A DNA stretch of 57,234 bases, filler included, from Sphacelaria rigidula (Eukaryota), in the NCBI GenBank assembly GCA_964200075.2. It is 8 parts of 8 records of this genome, joined end to end, with 100 filler letters (N's around TTAATTAATTAA, not from the genome) between each part and the next. Parts side by side here need not be neighbours in the genome. Positions count along the whole stretch, not along the records: positions 21,502 to 28,568 come from CAXNAA020016658.1; positions 28,669 to 35,735 come from CAXNAA020016659.1; positions 35,836 to 42,902 come from CAXNAA020016660.1; 5 more parts are not named here. One strand, given 5' to 3'. Positions 23,074 through 36,001 of this stretch are shown piece by piece (the first letter of the stretch is position 1; each line of letters begins with the position of its first letter). Below the pieces are notes generated by a model that saw only the letters and a program-made list of their open reading frames with translations, made no database searches and was not told the DNA's origin. Position numbers and translations under genes: made by a program.

Positions 23074-24899
23074 CACACGCGGTCATTCGGCTACCTCGTC
23101 AAGGAATTTTCAAACGTCATCCTCGGTTCCGTCCGTTTTAAAATCCCCCCTAGAGGATTTTGGGTATTCGTAATCCTGTAGAGGATTCTCAGTGTCGGGG
23201 CTCTCGAAGGTCTGTGTCAATATTCAAATTCCCTGAAATGTTTTTTGAGGCACAAGTGCTATGTGAATCTTTAATTTTCACAGCTGTTCGAAATAAGCCC
23301 TGATTCCATATTATTGGAATCAGGCCAAAAGGATTCATTCCGAACAGTTTCTGGTGTGCAAATCCCATATACAGTCGCAAATGGAATTCGTACACCATAA
23401 ACTCTTCGAAATAGATCCTCATTTTGCTCACCAATACCTTGAATTGGGAAAAAAGACTCTTATTTGTGATCAGCTTTTGCTGTTCAAGTCCCACATACGA
23501 CACGGTATCGATGGATGAGAGTCGAGAGACAGCAGAAGTCGTTGAGAACTCACCCTCTTGCCCCCCATTTCATATCTTGGGCAAGCGGATCGAAGTCTTC
23601 AACAGCTTCAACTGGTTTCAAATCCCATACACCGATTGCGGGTGTATGTACACATAGCCATGCTAAGTAGCTTTAGCTTGTGATGATGATGCGCGGAGAG
23701 TAAGAACCTCCTTTATCTAAACATACAAGCTTAAAAACCCCGTGGTCCGGTGTTTACCATTCAACAACAAAGTGAAGCATTTTTTCGAGTGAACACGCGA
23801 AGAAATATGATCGTGGTTTATCCTGTACGTTGATGGTGATACATGTGATCATCACAACAATAAGCATGGTTTGATGCTGTACTGGACAGTACAGTACCGT
23901 GTAGGGCAGTACCACATCGTGCTTATATACGTGCTGTACAATATACTGAAGAGTCAGCGCGGCATGTGCGCCACGTGTGGCTAAACAAAGCGGACGCCTG
24001 TAACTTTGGGTGCATGGGGGTGTTATATACCGTGAGCTATTGAGTATACACGATGCCCGTGCTTGCAGCGTGCTCACCGCTGCAGTCAGTAGGACGTGAA
24101 AGGGAAGCGCACAAAGTACAGTACAGACAGCGCAGGACTATGTGTATGTTTTCTGCTCACAGTGCGACGTGAAAAGGACTTGAACAGCGTGCGCAGCTTT
24201 GTCTGCCTGCACTGTCCATGGGTGTGTATGTAGTGAACCGCCGGTTGTTGCTCGCACCATACCCCGCTGCTCAAGTTCAAACTTCCACCAACAAGACATA
24301 CATCATGCTCAACTACTACAGTGTGTATCTGTATTCCTATGCCCAACCCGTGCTCTTTGCTGCAGGGTTATCGTGGTGGTATTATAGCTGGGAATAAGTG
24401 TTTTCGGGTTTGCAATTCAATCTGTGAACGGCGGGTGATACATATATTTTCTCTGGCGTGATGGTCCCAAAGGTCCCCTGGAAGCAGTTATAGGACACAA
24501 GTGCACGAGTGCTGATGAACACGCTGGAGGATACTGCACGGCTATGTCTTCCGGAGTCGCAACAAATGCCTTAGAGGCCATAGTCGGTCCCTCCGCCAGA
24601 GGAATGATGCTCATATTTCCCTCTGCCGTTCATATTTCCCTCCAAGGGACGTTCACCAAAAACACGTGCTCCAGTGCACCATATTTTTNNNNNNNCGATA
24701 TTTTTGGTACTCTGGAGGGATCCAGACCTCAGAAGTCACTGGAGCATCAGATGCCCTCCAGAGGATTCGTTTCATGACCGGAGCCGAGTATGAAATGCCC
24801 TCTAGAGGATATTTTTATCCTCCCGAGGGTCACTTTACACTCGAGAGGATGAGAATCGCGATAGAGGGTTTTAAGGGGGTAGTCGAATGGCCGCGTGTG
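23074..24899 (+). mobile_element. Complete 1.83-kb non-autonomous DNA transposon with CACAC termini (copy B; CMC/EnSpm-like by termini)
   Basis: TIRs cacacgcggtcattcggctacc / ggtagtcgaatggccgcgtgtg (20 of 22 complementary), subterminal ccctctagagga repeats, flanks tag/taa. Confidence 0.8.
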
Positions 24900-25440
24900 T
24901 AACAAACGGTCGAGTTATCGAAAAACAGTGGAAAAACTACCATTTTTTTTGTAGCTTGACCCTTTGTCATTGAAAATGTCAAACAAAGCTATGACCTACG
25001 GAAAACGCAAGGGTGCTCTGGAACGGTGTCAGCGAGTAGAGCAAGCCATTCCAAGGTGTCCGGATCCGTCTAGCTCTCTTTTGGGGACAAAAATGACGGA
25101 GCGGACACCTTGGAATGACTTGCTCTACTCGCTGAGACCGTTCCAGAGCACCTTTGCGTTTTCTGTATGTCATAGCTTCGTTCCTAACCAAAAATGAATT
25201 TTCAACAACAAACGGTCAAGGTATCGAAAAGCAGGGGGAAAACTGCCATTTTTTTAATGACTCAACCGTTTGTTATTGAAAATGCATTTTTGGCCAAGAA
25301 CGAAATTATGACCTACAGAAAACGCAAAGGTGCTATGGAACGGTCTCAGCGAGTAGAGCAAGTCATTCCAAGATGTTCACATGCCCCTAGCCCTCTTTTG
25401 GGGACAAAAACGACGGAGAAGGGCCAAAAACGCACTTTTC
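24900..25440. repeat. Continuation of the alternating-orientation unit array
   Basis: Same unit as 22358-23073, with a palindrome centred near 25100. Confidence 0.8.
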
Positions 25441-25818
25441 GCGACAACTTTTACTCTCCGATACGCAAGAAGTAGCCTTTACTCACGAAAAAAAAAACTT
25501 CTGGTGCTTCTTTCCGATTGTTTATTATGCCCTATGCGTTCTCCACATGGTCCTACGAGTCACCTGACGCCAAGATTGCCCTCCAGCACTTGACATCGAT
25601 AGCTGCGATTCGTCGGTCCAACCAGACCATGTCGCCGAATATGCAGACGGCGCTGTTACAGCTGTCGCAGCCGTAGGAAATGAACCAGTCACGGATCCTG
25701 CCTGGCCGAGGGGTTGCGAACTAGTCGCTCCAGCACTTCCCACCGAAGTATTTGCATTTTCCACGTACGCTGTCCGCCCCGACACGGACGAACCATAAAC
25801 TCCAGAGTTATCATCTGA

Positions 25819-26633
25819 TTACGTAGTGGAAGAAACAGCAGCGGAGGAACCACCACCCGCCGCCGATTGCTTGCTACCGGGGCCACCGCGCCCGCGTCCT
25901 TGGTTGGCACGGCCTCGTCCACCGTGACGACCGCCTCGAGATCCTGATATATCTCGCGCATTTCCTTGAGCAGCGCCTTGAGCGCGAGGCTCGAGGCAGT
26001 CCTTGATCATATGTCTGGTGTCACTGCAGTTGTAACACGCGCGAGTGGACGACGCTGGCGAAGACGACTGCTGTTTCTGTTGCTGTTGCTGTTTGCGGCC
26101 CATACCACCTGCACCTGTTGCAGAATCGCGCCGGCCATGAGCTTCAATGAACTTCCACTGGTCGGCCGCCTCAAATATTTTGTTGAACACCACCGTCGGG
26201 TTCTTTGTCCAGCTGTCAACATACGTTAGTGCACTTCTAACATACACCTTGATTCCCGGGGGCGAAATCCCGTCCACCAAAGCTGTGAAAACCGACTCGG
26301 CCGGGCCTGGCAACCAAATCCTGTCCTCCGCACGGTACATGACTTGCACCGTAAGGTTTCTGATAAAAACATTTCCATATCTGAATTAGCCATCATCGCA
26401 CGGTCTCCAACATATTCCCCACTGCTTTGTGGCATAGTAAGAACTTTACGCAGGTCTGCTGCAGCCCACGCAGCGTCATGCTCTCCGCCAGTTGTGGTAT
26501 ACCCGGCGTGCTGCTTCACAGCGTCTAGCAATTCATCAAGGGTCAAAGCTCGACGGTCCTTGTTCATATCTTCGAAGCACCGGTGAATATAGCTAGGAAT
26601 AAGGTGATCTATGCTCACCGTTTCATGCCTCAC
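25819..26633 (-). pseudogene. Gypsy gag (frameshifted)
   Basis: W..NP.VVFN.I.EAA..WK..E segment shared with the contig-2 gag; CX2CX4HX4C knuckle. Confidence 0.85.
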
Positions 26634-26976
26634 GATTCCCTGTGAATTCGCGAGACTTAAACGCTGTATGTATTCAAGATATGCTGCGAAAAAACGCGTG
26701 ATGCCTCCTCTGTCGACACTTCGCCATACTTGGGCGGTTCTAACGGCTCACCCAACACCAGCGGCGCTGCCGCCGCTTGAGCCATGTCGTCTGTGCTTCA
26801 AACACTTCACGGAGAGAGTGGTGCCTGACTTGTGCGCTCTCCAGCTCACGGAGCGTTCCCCAGTGCTGTGCGCTTCAAGTTGGCCCCCTCCTGTCTGCGG
26901 GCTAAACTGGCTCTAAGCTGCTGCCCACTTCTCCTCAGCCAAACTCCTCTAACAGAGTGCCAGAAGAATAATATCT

Positions 26977-27230
26977 AGATACTGTAGCCTTTTCTAGACG
27001 ATCTGGACAAGAGGACTATCGAAGAGGGACTCCTCCAGTAGCACTGGCCTCGTGCTCGACAAGTCCTTTCTTTTCCCTCGTTTCTATCACGCAGTGATCC
27101 TCAACAGACAACATCAAGAGCCACACAGCAAGGGGCCACACAGATGAGGGTCATCAATCCAGGATTCCCTGTCCCCTGCGACTGCTCCAATCATGCATGC
27201 GATTATGCTGAAACCTACGCCTTGGTATCA
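26977..27230 (-). repeat. 5' LTR
   Basis: Homologous to solo LTR 6600-6856; ends GTATCA. Confidence 0.8.
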
Positions 27231-27701
27231 TTTGGCTGCAAAACGGAGAATACCCCGCCAACAACGACAGCAGCTGCCGTAGAGCCACACACAATTTAAC
27301 CGAGGAAGAAATTCGATCGCCTGATGCACCCAAAGCATTAACGCGCATCATTTTCGCAAAAACAGAATGCACGTGTTCAGCGACAAAAAAGACGGCAATG
27401 GTACAAATCACCAACCCGTCGAGCCAACATGTAAAGCTGAAACGCAAGACGATTTTGGGCTTCTACCACCCCAGTACAAGAGACAAAAACCGGAGAAACT
27501 GCATGCCATTCTGGACACCCTTTCACGACTGTTCGCGTTTGAAAAAAACGACAAGAAGCTAAAACCACGCCGTTGCTTACACGAATATGTCGTAACGTGC
27601 CAGAAGACCCTGCACTGCAAATTACTCAACCACAGCATTCATTTTAAATATCAGCTGAGAAGCTCGGCCGTTTGAAGCCAGTGTAGATGACCGAGAGCTC
27701 A

Positions 27702-27943
27702 CACTTTCTACGATAGACCCCCCAAACCAGCCCAAAAGTGTCACGAAAAAAATGGCCATATAGCGCTTGATGTTTGAGTCCAGGCTGTATGAAGCGCCTC
27801 ATATTGGCAACATTGACGAGAATGAAGCCAAGCGTGGGAATTCCCAGCTGCTTGTTGTGCTCGGCTTTTCCCATTTCGATATACGGGAAGATTTTGCCTC
27901 CCAAAATTATGCACTTTTCTGGGGGGGGCTATCGTAGAAAGTG
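27702..27943. mobile_element. ~240-bp MITE with CACTT termini
   Basis: cactttctacgatagacccc ... ggggctatcgtagaaagtg; second copy at 30414-30661. Confidence 0.85.
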
Positions 27944-28177
27944 CCATCTGTTCACCGTAAAGTCAGTATACGTGAGCGCAGCGAACGTCTTGATGTCGTC
28001 GACCGCGAAAAAATTGCGAGAAAATCAAGCACTGGAGTACGGACCCTACATTCAATATATCACGGAAGAAGATGCTCCGATACCAGAGAAAGAATTGATC
28101 ATATCGATATCACATTACTCACCACATGATGAGATCATTTTTAAATCATACTTGCCTGGATACTTGGGGGGAAAAAG

Positions 28178-28500
28178 CACAGTTATAGGTGCGCCTGACC
28201 CCCCCAAATGGGCAAAACAAATGTCACCGACCGACCAAGATCACGAACGGACACGAAAATACCGACTTCTGGGGCTCATCCAGGCTCGTGGGTTAAAAGT
28301 GCCTTACATCATCGGAAGAGAACGGCATGGGTCCAAAATTCATGTCGGAACAAATTGGACTGCATTCTGAATTCAGAACCCTACCGTAATTTCAGTTGTT
28401 GTTCCTCATATATTATATGCCGCTGCGTCGCGTTTCGTCCGCGCTTGCGATGCACTGGGATGCAAGGAGGTTAGTTGGGTTGATCCACCCCAACGCACAC
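28178..28500 (+). mobile_element. End of a CACAG-terminated DNA transposon
   Basis: Homologous (inverted) to 14400-14696. Confidence 0.7.
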
Positions 28501-28568
28501 CATGAAATCGTTTGATGCACTAGACAGTAGGGAGAAAACGATGGCTATACCAGGGGATAGATGGTGGC

Positions 28569-28668
28569 NNNNNNNNNNNNNNNNNNNNNNNNNNNNNNNN
28601 NNNNNNNNNNNNTTAATTAATTAANNNNNNNNNNNNNNNNNNNNNNNNNNNNNNNNNNNNNNNNNNNN
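28569..28668. other. Artificial contig spacer
   Basis: N44-TTAATTAATTAA-N44. Confidence 0.98.
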
Positions 28669-28674
28669 TTCCAG

Positions 28675-29020
28675 ACGTTGCACAAGGTCTGTAACGTCCA
28701 AATTTGAGGTTACAGGCACCCCAGTGGCCACCCGTGTCCAAAACGGCACTTTTCCAGATTTTTACTGCAGGCAAGAATAAAAATCTGGAAAAGCGCCTTT
28801 TGAGGGCTTCCACGTCGTTCCTAAAAGAGAGCTAGGCGGAGTTTGACTCCTTTGAATGCTTTGATGTACTCATTGAGACGGTTCCAGCACACCCATGTGT
28901 TTTTTTTGCACGGGTGGCCACTGGGCTGCCTGTAGCCTCAAGTTTAGACGTTACAGACCTTGTGCAACGTTTGTAACGTCCAAATTCGAGGTTGCAGGCA
29001 CCCCAGTGGCCACCCATGTG
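28675..29020. repeat. ~60-bp unit in direct and inverted copies
   Basis: tgtaacgtccaaatttgaggttacaggcaccccagtggccacccgtg at ~28690 and ~28972, inverted at ~28908-28960. Confidence 0.75.
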
Positions 29021-29897
29021 GTGGTCGCACTTTGGTTTTGGGCCAACCTTGCATTTTTCTCGGAGACGACCCAATTTTCTCGGAGACCAATCAAGTCTAG
29101 ACAAATCTCGGAAACTTTCCCGGACTTGACCGGTCTCCGAGAATAAGGAGTGGTCTCCAAGAAAAAGCAAGGTTGGCTAAAAAAACTCCGACCACCAGGA
29201 AACGCACAGGTGTGCCGGAATCGTCTCAACGAGTACAGCAAAGCATTCTAACGTGTATTCGCCTGGCTCTCTCCTAGGCGGGGGCGAAAAAACTAACTAA
29301 AAGTTCCAAAAAGGCACTTTTCCAGATTCGTATTCTTATCTACCATAAGAAGCAAGCAGGATTTAAAAGCTGCTACTGTTCGCCCTTTTCTCATCCTCCC
29401 AGAATGTAACCCTGATACTTGGCTTTCTATAAGTTCTGGTCTTCCGTGTCGCGTACGCTTTGCACAACGGTGTCCGTTTGCACATGTGACCCCATAAGGG
29501 TGCAGTCTATCGAATACGAAACGCACCCCAGCCAATCTATGCCGGTCGCCGTCAGAAAAACAACCTTAAATCAGTCGGATTTCCTCACATGTGTTGATGT
29601 GGCTGGCCTGAGCTATCTACTGTATCATACAGTAAAGAGCGAGGTAAGCCCGCACCAATCCTTAGACCTTCGCTATAGATACACAGGTGTAAAGAGTTGC
29701 AGTGTCGCTCGAACTGTCGCATCGAAGTGCGACCCTCACTCAAGTCACGATCTCACGAGAACGGTAAGAAGGACAGTACAGGGACACCCACAAATCAAGC
29801 ATCATCACGATTCTCTCTGCTCCTATGTGCACCCCACCTGCAAAATATCCTCGCGCTCAAACTTCAGACACATCGTATCTAATTCCCACCCACTCAC

Positions 29898-30131
29898 TAC
29901 CCTCCGACCCTTGTGCCCCGCCCGGAGATTCCCTTCCTCGTCGAGAGGGCCGTATATGCCGAACGCGTAGAGTCTCCCCGTGGAAAGCGGGTGTTGGAGA
30001 TTCGAAGGGAAAATGAAACTCAACAGTTCTTCGACATCCACCTTCTCCGACCGCCTTTTTACGCGACTCACATCATCTTCACCAAACCCATGGCTGTCTA
30101 CAGAGGCCGTCATTGGAGATGCAATCTCGTC
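29898..30131 (-). CDS. Possible exon of an unidentified host gene
   Basis: Protein-like KVDVEELLSFIFPSNLQHPLSTGRLYAFGIYGPLDEEG ending at a gtgagt donor; family not recognised; boundaries approximate. Confidence 0.4.
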
Positions 30132-30413
30132 TGAAGTGTGTGTGCCTGAGGGCTTTTACCGCCGCCGTTGCGGCTCGGGGACTTCGGCATTGTTTGAACG
30201 TGCGGCGGCACAATAGGTCCCGGTTCGTTGTACTAACTGCGCCGCATATATCTTATTTCACATCTGCAACAGTCCCGTCTCCGTCCAAAATTGCTGGCGC
30301 GTGGGTGAGTCACTCTTATGATGAAAGCTGGGAGCTCCGAAGTATTGACGTGATGATTGGAATGACTGTCGCATCAATCCCGCTGCGCCTCGATCCAAGG
30401 CAACTCCAAAAGA

Positions 30414-30661
30414 CAATTCCTACGATATCCCCCCCCCCAAAACCAGCCCAAAAGTGTCACGAAAAAAATGGTCATGCAGCGCCTGATGTTTGGGTTCAGG
30501 CTACATGAAGCGCCTCATATGGGCGACATTTGCGAGAACGAACCCAGGCGTGGGGATTCCCAGCTACTCGTTGTGCTCGGCCTTTTCCGTTTCGATTCAC
30601 GTGAAGATTTTGTCTCCCCAAACCAAACACTTTGGGGGGGGGAGGCCTATCGTAGAAAGTG
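30414..30661. mobile_element. ~245-bp MITE, same family as 27702-27943
   Basis: Colinear internal sequence and TIRs. Confidence 0.85.
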
Positions 30662-31228
30662 TAAAAAAATGATACAAACGGCTTCAAAACATTGCGGTGC
30701 AGTTTGTGTTGCTTGAGATACTGTGAAGCGTGTTGAGGTGTCCTGTATTCTGCCCCTCTCTGCAGCATATACTGTAGCAGCGTACCTATTCACCAGGGCA
30801 TGGCATTATTCCATATCTGAACATTCCTTCAACGTCACTGTCTCTTCAGGTGATGGTAGAGTCCCAACTTGGCAGCTAAGTCTGTGGAATGAGCGAGTGT
30901 GATTGCATCGATCGGAAGGAAAAATGGTTCGCACTTGGGTGGCGCACGAGGTAGAAGCAATCGCAGATGGCCTGGACTGGAAGAAAAAGGACGCGCTGAA
31001 AGCTTCAGGCAACTTTGACGACGATTACAAGGCATTGCGGGAGTGAGTTTGCATTTGACTCGTTAACCTCTAGGGTAGGAAAAAACATGTCCCGGATTTG
31101 TGTCTGAGGGCTATACCATTGTGTTGCCGAATGATGCCGCAGTAGCCGGCTCCCCCAGAAAAGTTTGCTGAGGACCGAGGTGAAATCTACATGTGAGGCG
31201 TCTCGATCCGGTTCCTGAAAAAAATTGT

Positions 31229-31680
31229 AACAGCCGATCATCGAAATTGAGGAAGGAGCTTTTCATTGAGGATTAGAATCTGGAACATTGAAATATTCAC
31301 ATCCACACCAAATCTTCGAAATGTGGTTCCACTCCTTTACCCAGCGATAGCTGTTGACAACTACTACAACATGCCATACGAATTTGGATTTCGATAACCG
31401 AAATGTTGGGGTCCTATAATAGGTGAAAGAACAATTTCGCGGAATTTCGGCGATCCGATAGGATCACCTAAATTACCCGAAATTGTTTTTCCACCTAGGG
31501 CCCCAACATTTCGGTTACCGAAATCCAAAATTGTATTGCGTGTGGTAGTTGTCAATAGCTACCAGTAGGTGAAAGAATGGAACCATATTTCGAAGATTTG
31601 GTGTGAATACGAAGATGTTAATTTTTCTGGTTCTCATCCTCAATGAAAAGCTTCATTCTCAATTTCGATTATCGGCTGTT
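31229..31680. mobile_element. Foldback (almost fully palindromic) element
   Basis: aacagccgatcatcgaaattgag...cacaccaaatcttcgaaat pairs with atttcgaagatttggtgtg...ctcaatttcgattatcggctgtt. Confidence 0.85.
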
Positions 31681-32078
31681 TTATTTCTGCATTCCTCAGA
31701 AAAAGAGTTTTGGGGGGTGGGGAAACAGGCCTGAAAAACTCAAGGGTAATTAACGAATTTGGGATTGAAGGCCAGGATATGATGAATCCCCCTAGTTAAA
31801 CCCCGGAAATGAAACCCTGAGGAGAGACGTCGCCGGCAACTCAGGATTACCTCAAAACATTTAAAGTAATCCCTCCGCTGTAAACCACCTCAAAACGTTG
31901 GTACCCAACTTGGGGCTAGGAAACGGATTTAGACACCCCGCCCCACAACGCCTAAGGTCACAGAACACAGCCGCAGGACGAACATCATACGTGGGGCGAT
32001 AGCGGATGCCGCGGACGTCCGTGATAGCGCTGGTGATGGCGGCTCGTTCACGAGGGTCACCTAAAACTACGAGGGAGA

Positions 32079-32342
32079 CGTGGAGGCGAACGGGGCAGAC
32101 ATGACACTAGGCAACCTGTCTAAAGATGGGGCGGAAGGGCGGAAGTCGGTGACTCAAGCAGCGGCTAGGAGGACATCTACCAAATGGCCACCTAACGTCA
32201 AGCTTGCGTTAGCTCGCGCGGGTAAACCATCGTTGGGTGGCCATTTTGTTGATGTCCTCGTAGCGGCTGCATAAATGGCCGACTTCCGCCCTTCCGCCTC
32301 ATCTTCAGCCATGTCGACAGCTCTCCCCCGTCCGCCTCCACG
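32079..32342. repeat. Palindromic MITE-like element
   Basis: ggcggaagggcggaagtcgg / ccgacttccgcccttccgcc and aaatggccacc / ggtggccattt arms. Confidence 0.75.
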
Positions 32343-33510
32343 CAGCTAGGATAACTGCGTAGTGTATGTTGCTGAGGATGAACGTACTTGCTCAATGTAT
32401 GCACATGCACACACACAGGCATTTGTAAACTTGTACTCAAGACAATACAGAACAACACTTGTACTGTAGAGAGTACAGAGCTGCCTACAGACAGCTTTTA
32501 CTAGCCCTGAAACCTCCCCCCGACAGGTGGAGAACTTGTGAACGGCTAGCGGGCGCCGAGGTGCACTGCATGCGTGCCCAACGCTATGTACTGTGCCGAG
32601 TTCGTACCCGGAGGCTGTGTAGACGATACTGCTGTCGCGTATGCTTTTCCTCGCTGTACGGGTAGCACCGCATGGGTAGGTGCAGAGTACAAACACAGAA
32701 CAGCACGGCGCGACTAGTACCTCTTCAACTCATGACACCGACCACGTGGCATTCGTAACCAAAAATACTAAACCCTGAAAGGATGGCCACGGTCCACGCC
32801 TACCTGATGAAAAAAATAAAAAGCAAAATTGATGTAAACAATCCATCTGTTTTTTGCGTATCCCTTAGTTCAGTTTTTTTCCCCGAAACTCTCTGATAAC
32901 TTTCAACAACTGGATTCTGAAACAAGCTATATCTGCACTCCTCAAAATGAATCTCAAGACACCTGGTTTCTGAAATCAGCTATTTGCACTATTCATAAAA
33001 AAATTCCAAGACCTGGTTTCTGAAATCACCAATCATCTCGATGCGCTGCATGGCAATTTTTTCGTGACAGTTTTTGGGCCTTCCGAGGGGGAGGGGGCTA
33101 TATCGGCATGACTCTGCCCTGTCAACGTGCTGCCTAAACTCAGGAGTCATGGCTTTATCCTCAATTAAATTCACAAATAAGCCGCATATGTTCTATTGCA
33201 CACCACAGTACAGTCCACGGTAGTGCGGGTCGGGTCCTCTAAGACACTCTCGTAATTCATCGCGCCATACCAACGGTAGACGTTGGTTGCTGCTGCTGAT
33301 ACTGATGCTGATGCTGCCATTCTAAATATAGAGTTCGGATTGACCACTACTAGACAGTATGTTGGTGAGACTAAGAGCCTGTTTCGAAGGTAAGAACAAA
33401 AGGTTCTTCGCACTTTTTGAGGCAAAGATTACCGGTCAAGAGCTGTCATTTTGATTATTTGGGCGCTGGAATCAGGAGAATTTCATTTCACGGCGACTTG
33501 AATGAGGTGA

Positions 33511-33985
33511 GGCCGCTTCTCATAGTCAGAAAACGGACCCTCTGAGAAGGGCCGTTTTCAAGTCTTATATCATGGATTTGGAGGAATACGGGCCTTGGTG
33601 CATTGGGCCTCCTCTGAAAGATTCGCAATGCCTTACAAGAGGGCTCTAGCACACTTTCCCGATTTTCCGTGCGCCCACTTTTACTTTTGCCGGATTCCTG
33701 ATTTTTCCAGTAGTCCCGAAAATCTTTGAGTTGTCGGGAAAAACACGTACTCTTCCCCGACAACTCGAAAATTTGGGGGGCGACTGAAAAAATCGGGAAT
33801 CCAGCCAAAAGTACAACTGAGCGCACGAAGGATCGGAAAAGTGCGGCAGAATTCTCTTGGGAAACATACCAAGTCTTTCAGAGGAGGCCCAATCTGCCAA
33901 GGCCCGTATCCCGCCACAAATCCGTGGTGAAAGACTCAAAAAGAGCACTTTTAGAGAGTCTGTTTTCTGACCATAAGAAGCGGCC
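33511..33985. mobile_element. PIF/Harbinger-like MITE
   Basis: TIR ggccgcttctcatagtcagaaaac / gttttctgaccataagaagcggcc with a 3-bp TGA TSD. Confidence 0.8.
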
Positions 33986-34438
33986 TGACAGCTTTCCGTT
34001 TCATGCTTTTATTATTTAGACTTTTGTCCCACTGCTCCTTAATGACTTACGCGAAATTCATTTTTTTTGCTCGTGTTGACCGTACATGGTCGACGGTCAT
34101 TCACGTCGACGGTCATTCAACCCCGGCGGTGACAGCTCTCAATCGGTGGTCTTTGCCTTCAAGAGCGCAAACAACCTCTTGTTCTCAATTTTGAAGCAAA
34201 GTTTTTGTCTCACGAATTCACTGCCAGTACTGCTACTACCACACTGCGCAGTCAGACAGCAGCATCATTACAATCGCTGCGTGACTCAGGGCGTTGATAC
34301 ACAACAGTCGCCGAGTCTTCATTCGGTATTTCGTATGTGCTACGCCTGCCACCTCCCACCATATATTGTCATGCACCCTCACTGTTATTGTCGTATAGCC
34401 AACACGCCCACTATTTTGCGTGCCTCCGACGAATGAAG

Positions 34439-34785
34439 ACTGTACGAGATCCCGGCTCATCCCAGTTTGGAAAAAAGGCGACGAAAGCAGCAACCGCGGC
34501 GGCAAGAGGAAGAGGGTTCCACCATCACTACGAGTGGCCTGGCGGGTAGCACCGGCAGTAACGATAATTCCAACAGCCTCAGCGACAAGTCAAGCTTGCA
34601 CGTGAGGAATTTTATCCTTGATCGCACCACCCTGATGGTCATGCTCGAGGCACTCAAGAGGTCATCTGACATCGATAACCTCGTGTTCCACAACTCCGGG
34701 CTACCCAATCGCTCCGTATCCTTGCTGGCGGAGGATTTGCCACATACCGCTGTTCGATCCCTCAGTCTGGACTACAATCAGAACA
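34439..34785 (+). CDS. Exon of a leucine-rich-repeat protein (LRRC71-like)
   Basis: LYEIPAHPSL...LHVRNFILDRTTLMVMLEALKRSSDIDNLVFHNSGLPNRSVSLLAEDLPHTAVRSLSLDYNQ; ag| acceptor and |gtgagt donor. Confidence 0.7.
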
Positions 34786-35185
34786 GTGAGTGAGATCTCG
34801 ACGATTAAAGCCATCCCATCAGTGTATATGTGATGGGGGCAAAGCACGTTTTTTCGGGTGACTGTATCTTATGGTCAAATGCCATGTGCGGGTACATGCA
34901 CGAGTATGTGGGAAGCACATATAGTTGGTTCACTCACTAGTAGTTTCGTCCATATACCGAGTAGAACATACAACAGCGGATCCTGAAAAATTGGGTCGGT
35001 CTCGAAAATGGGGTTCGAGTGGCATTTCTTTTTTGCAGGGATGACGCGAAACAGTTACACAGAGCGAAACCATCTTTCCCTCCAAAACTCTGCAGCAGTG
35101 AATCGGTTGTGGCTAGGTTCACCCAACGAGTGCGGTGTACACGCGTGTCGATGACAATATCACCAAAGAGAGAAGCAACGACAGT

Positions 35186-35626
35186 AACACGGGATCTTAC
35201 AAATTGGGGATGGATCTTTTATTGGGGATGAGAAACCCGGCGAATGAAAATCTTCGTATCCACACCAAATCTTCGAAATATGGATCCATTTCTTCACCTC
35301 CTGATAGCTTTTGACAACTGCTACACGCCATGCGATTTGGATTTCGATCACCGCAATGGGGTCCCAGGTGAAAAACCAATGTCGGAACCATTTTGGCGTC
35401 CGTTCGGACACCCGGAATTCCCCAAAATTATTTCTTTCACCTAGGACCCCAACATTGCGGTGATCGAAAACCAAATTCGTATGGTGTGTAGCAGTTGTCA
35501 ATAGCTATCAGTAGGTGAAAAAATTGAACCATATTTCGAAGATTTGGTGTAGATACGAAGATTTTACTTCTCCGGGTTTCTCATCCCCAATAAATGATCC
35601 ATCCTCAATTTGTAAGATCCCGTGTT
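35186..35626. mobile_element. Foldback element related to 31229-31680
   Basis: aacacgggatcttacaaattg ... caatttgtaagatcccgtgtt, with the shared internal cacaccaaatcttcgaaat. Confidence 0.85.
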
Positions 35627-35735
35627 CAGAGAGGAAGCTCCTCGCCCGTGTCCTTTGTGTGTCCTCGCTCGGCGATTACCAATCACTCGAGAGACTGGCA
35701 TCATCGATGTTACCAGCATGTACCCATTTTTTCAT

Positions 35736-35835
35736 NNNNNNNNNNNNNNNNNNNNNNNNNNNNNNNNNNNNNNNNNNNNTTAATTAATTAANNNNNNNNN
35801 NNNNNNNNNNNNNNNNNNNNNNNNNNNNNNNNNNN
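35736..35835. other. Artificial contig spacer
   Basis: N44-TTAATTAATTAA-N44. Confidence 0.98.
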
Positions 35836-36001
35836 TCTGGCCACCGAAAGTCGCTCAAACTGGCCCTTTTTGCGCGCGGTGTCGATATCGAACCACAAAA
35901 GCCTTCAAGATCTTGGAGGACTTGACAAAACATATATTTTCGACCTGCGTCACCCCGGGGAGCCCGTACCAATCACCCGAAGGGGAACCTTGTACATACA
36001 C

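Larger units (their letters stand above)
25510..27230 (-). mobile_element. 5' fragment of a Gypsy LTR retrotransposon (LTR + gag)
   Basis: LTR 26977-27230; gag ORFs 26226-26633 and 25819-26349 with knuckle CYNCSDTRHMIKDC. Confidence 0.85.

Noticed and set aside
22358-25440. CRISPR-like array
   Set aside because: Units are long, alternate in orientation and lack unique spacers; no cas genes; eukaryotic context.
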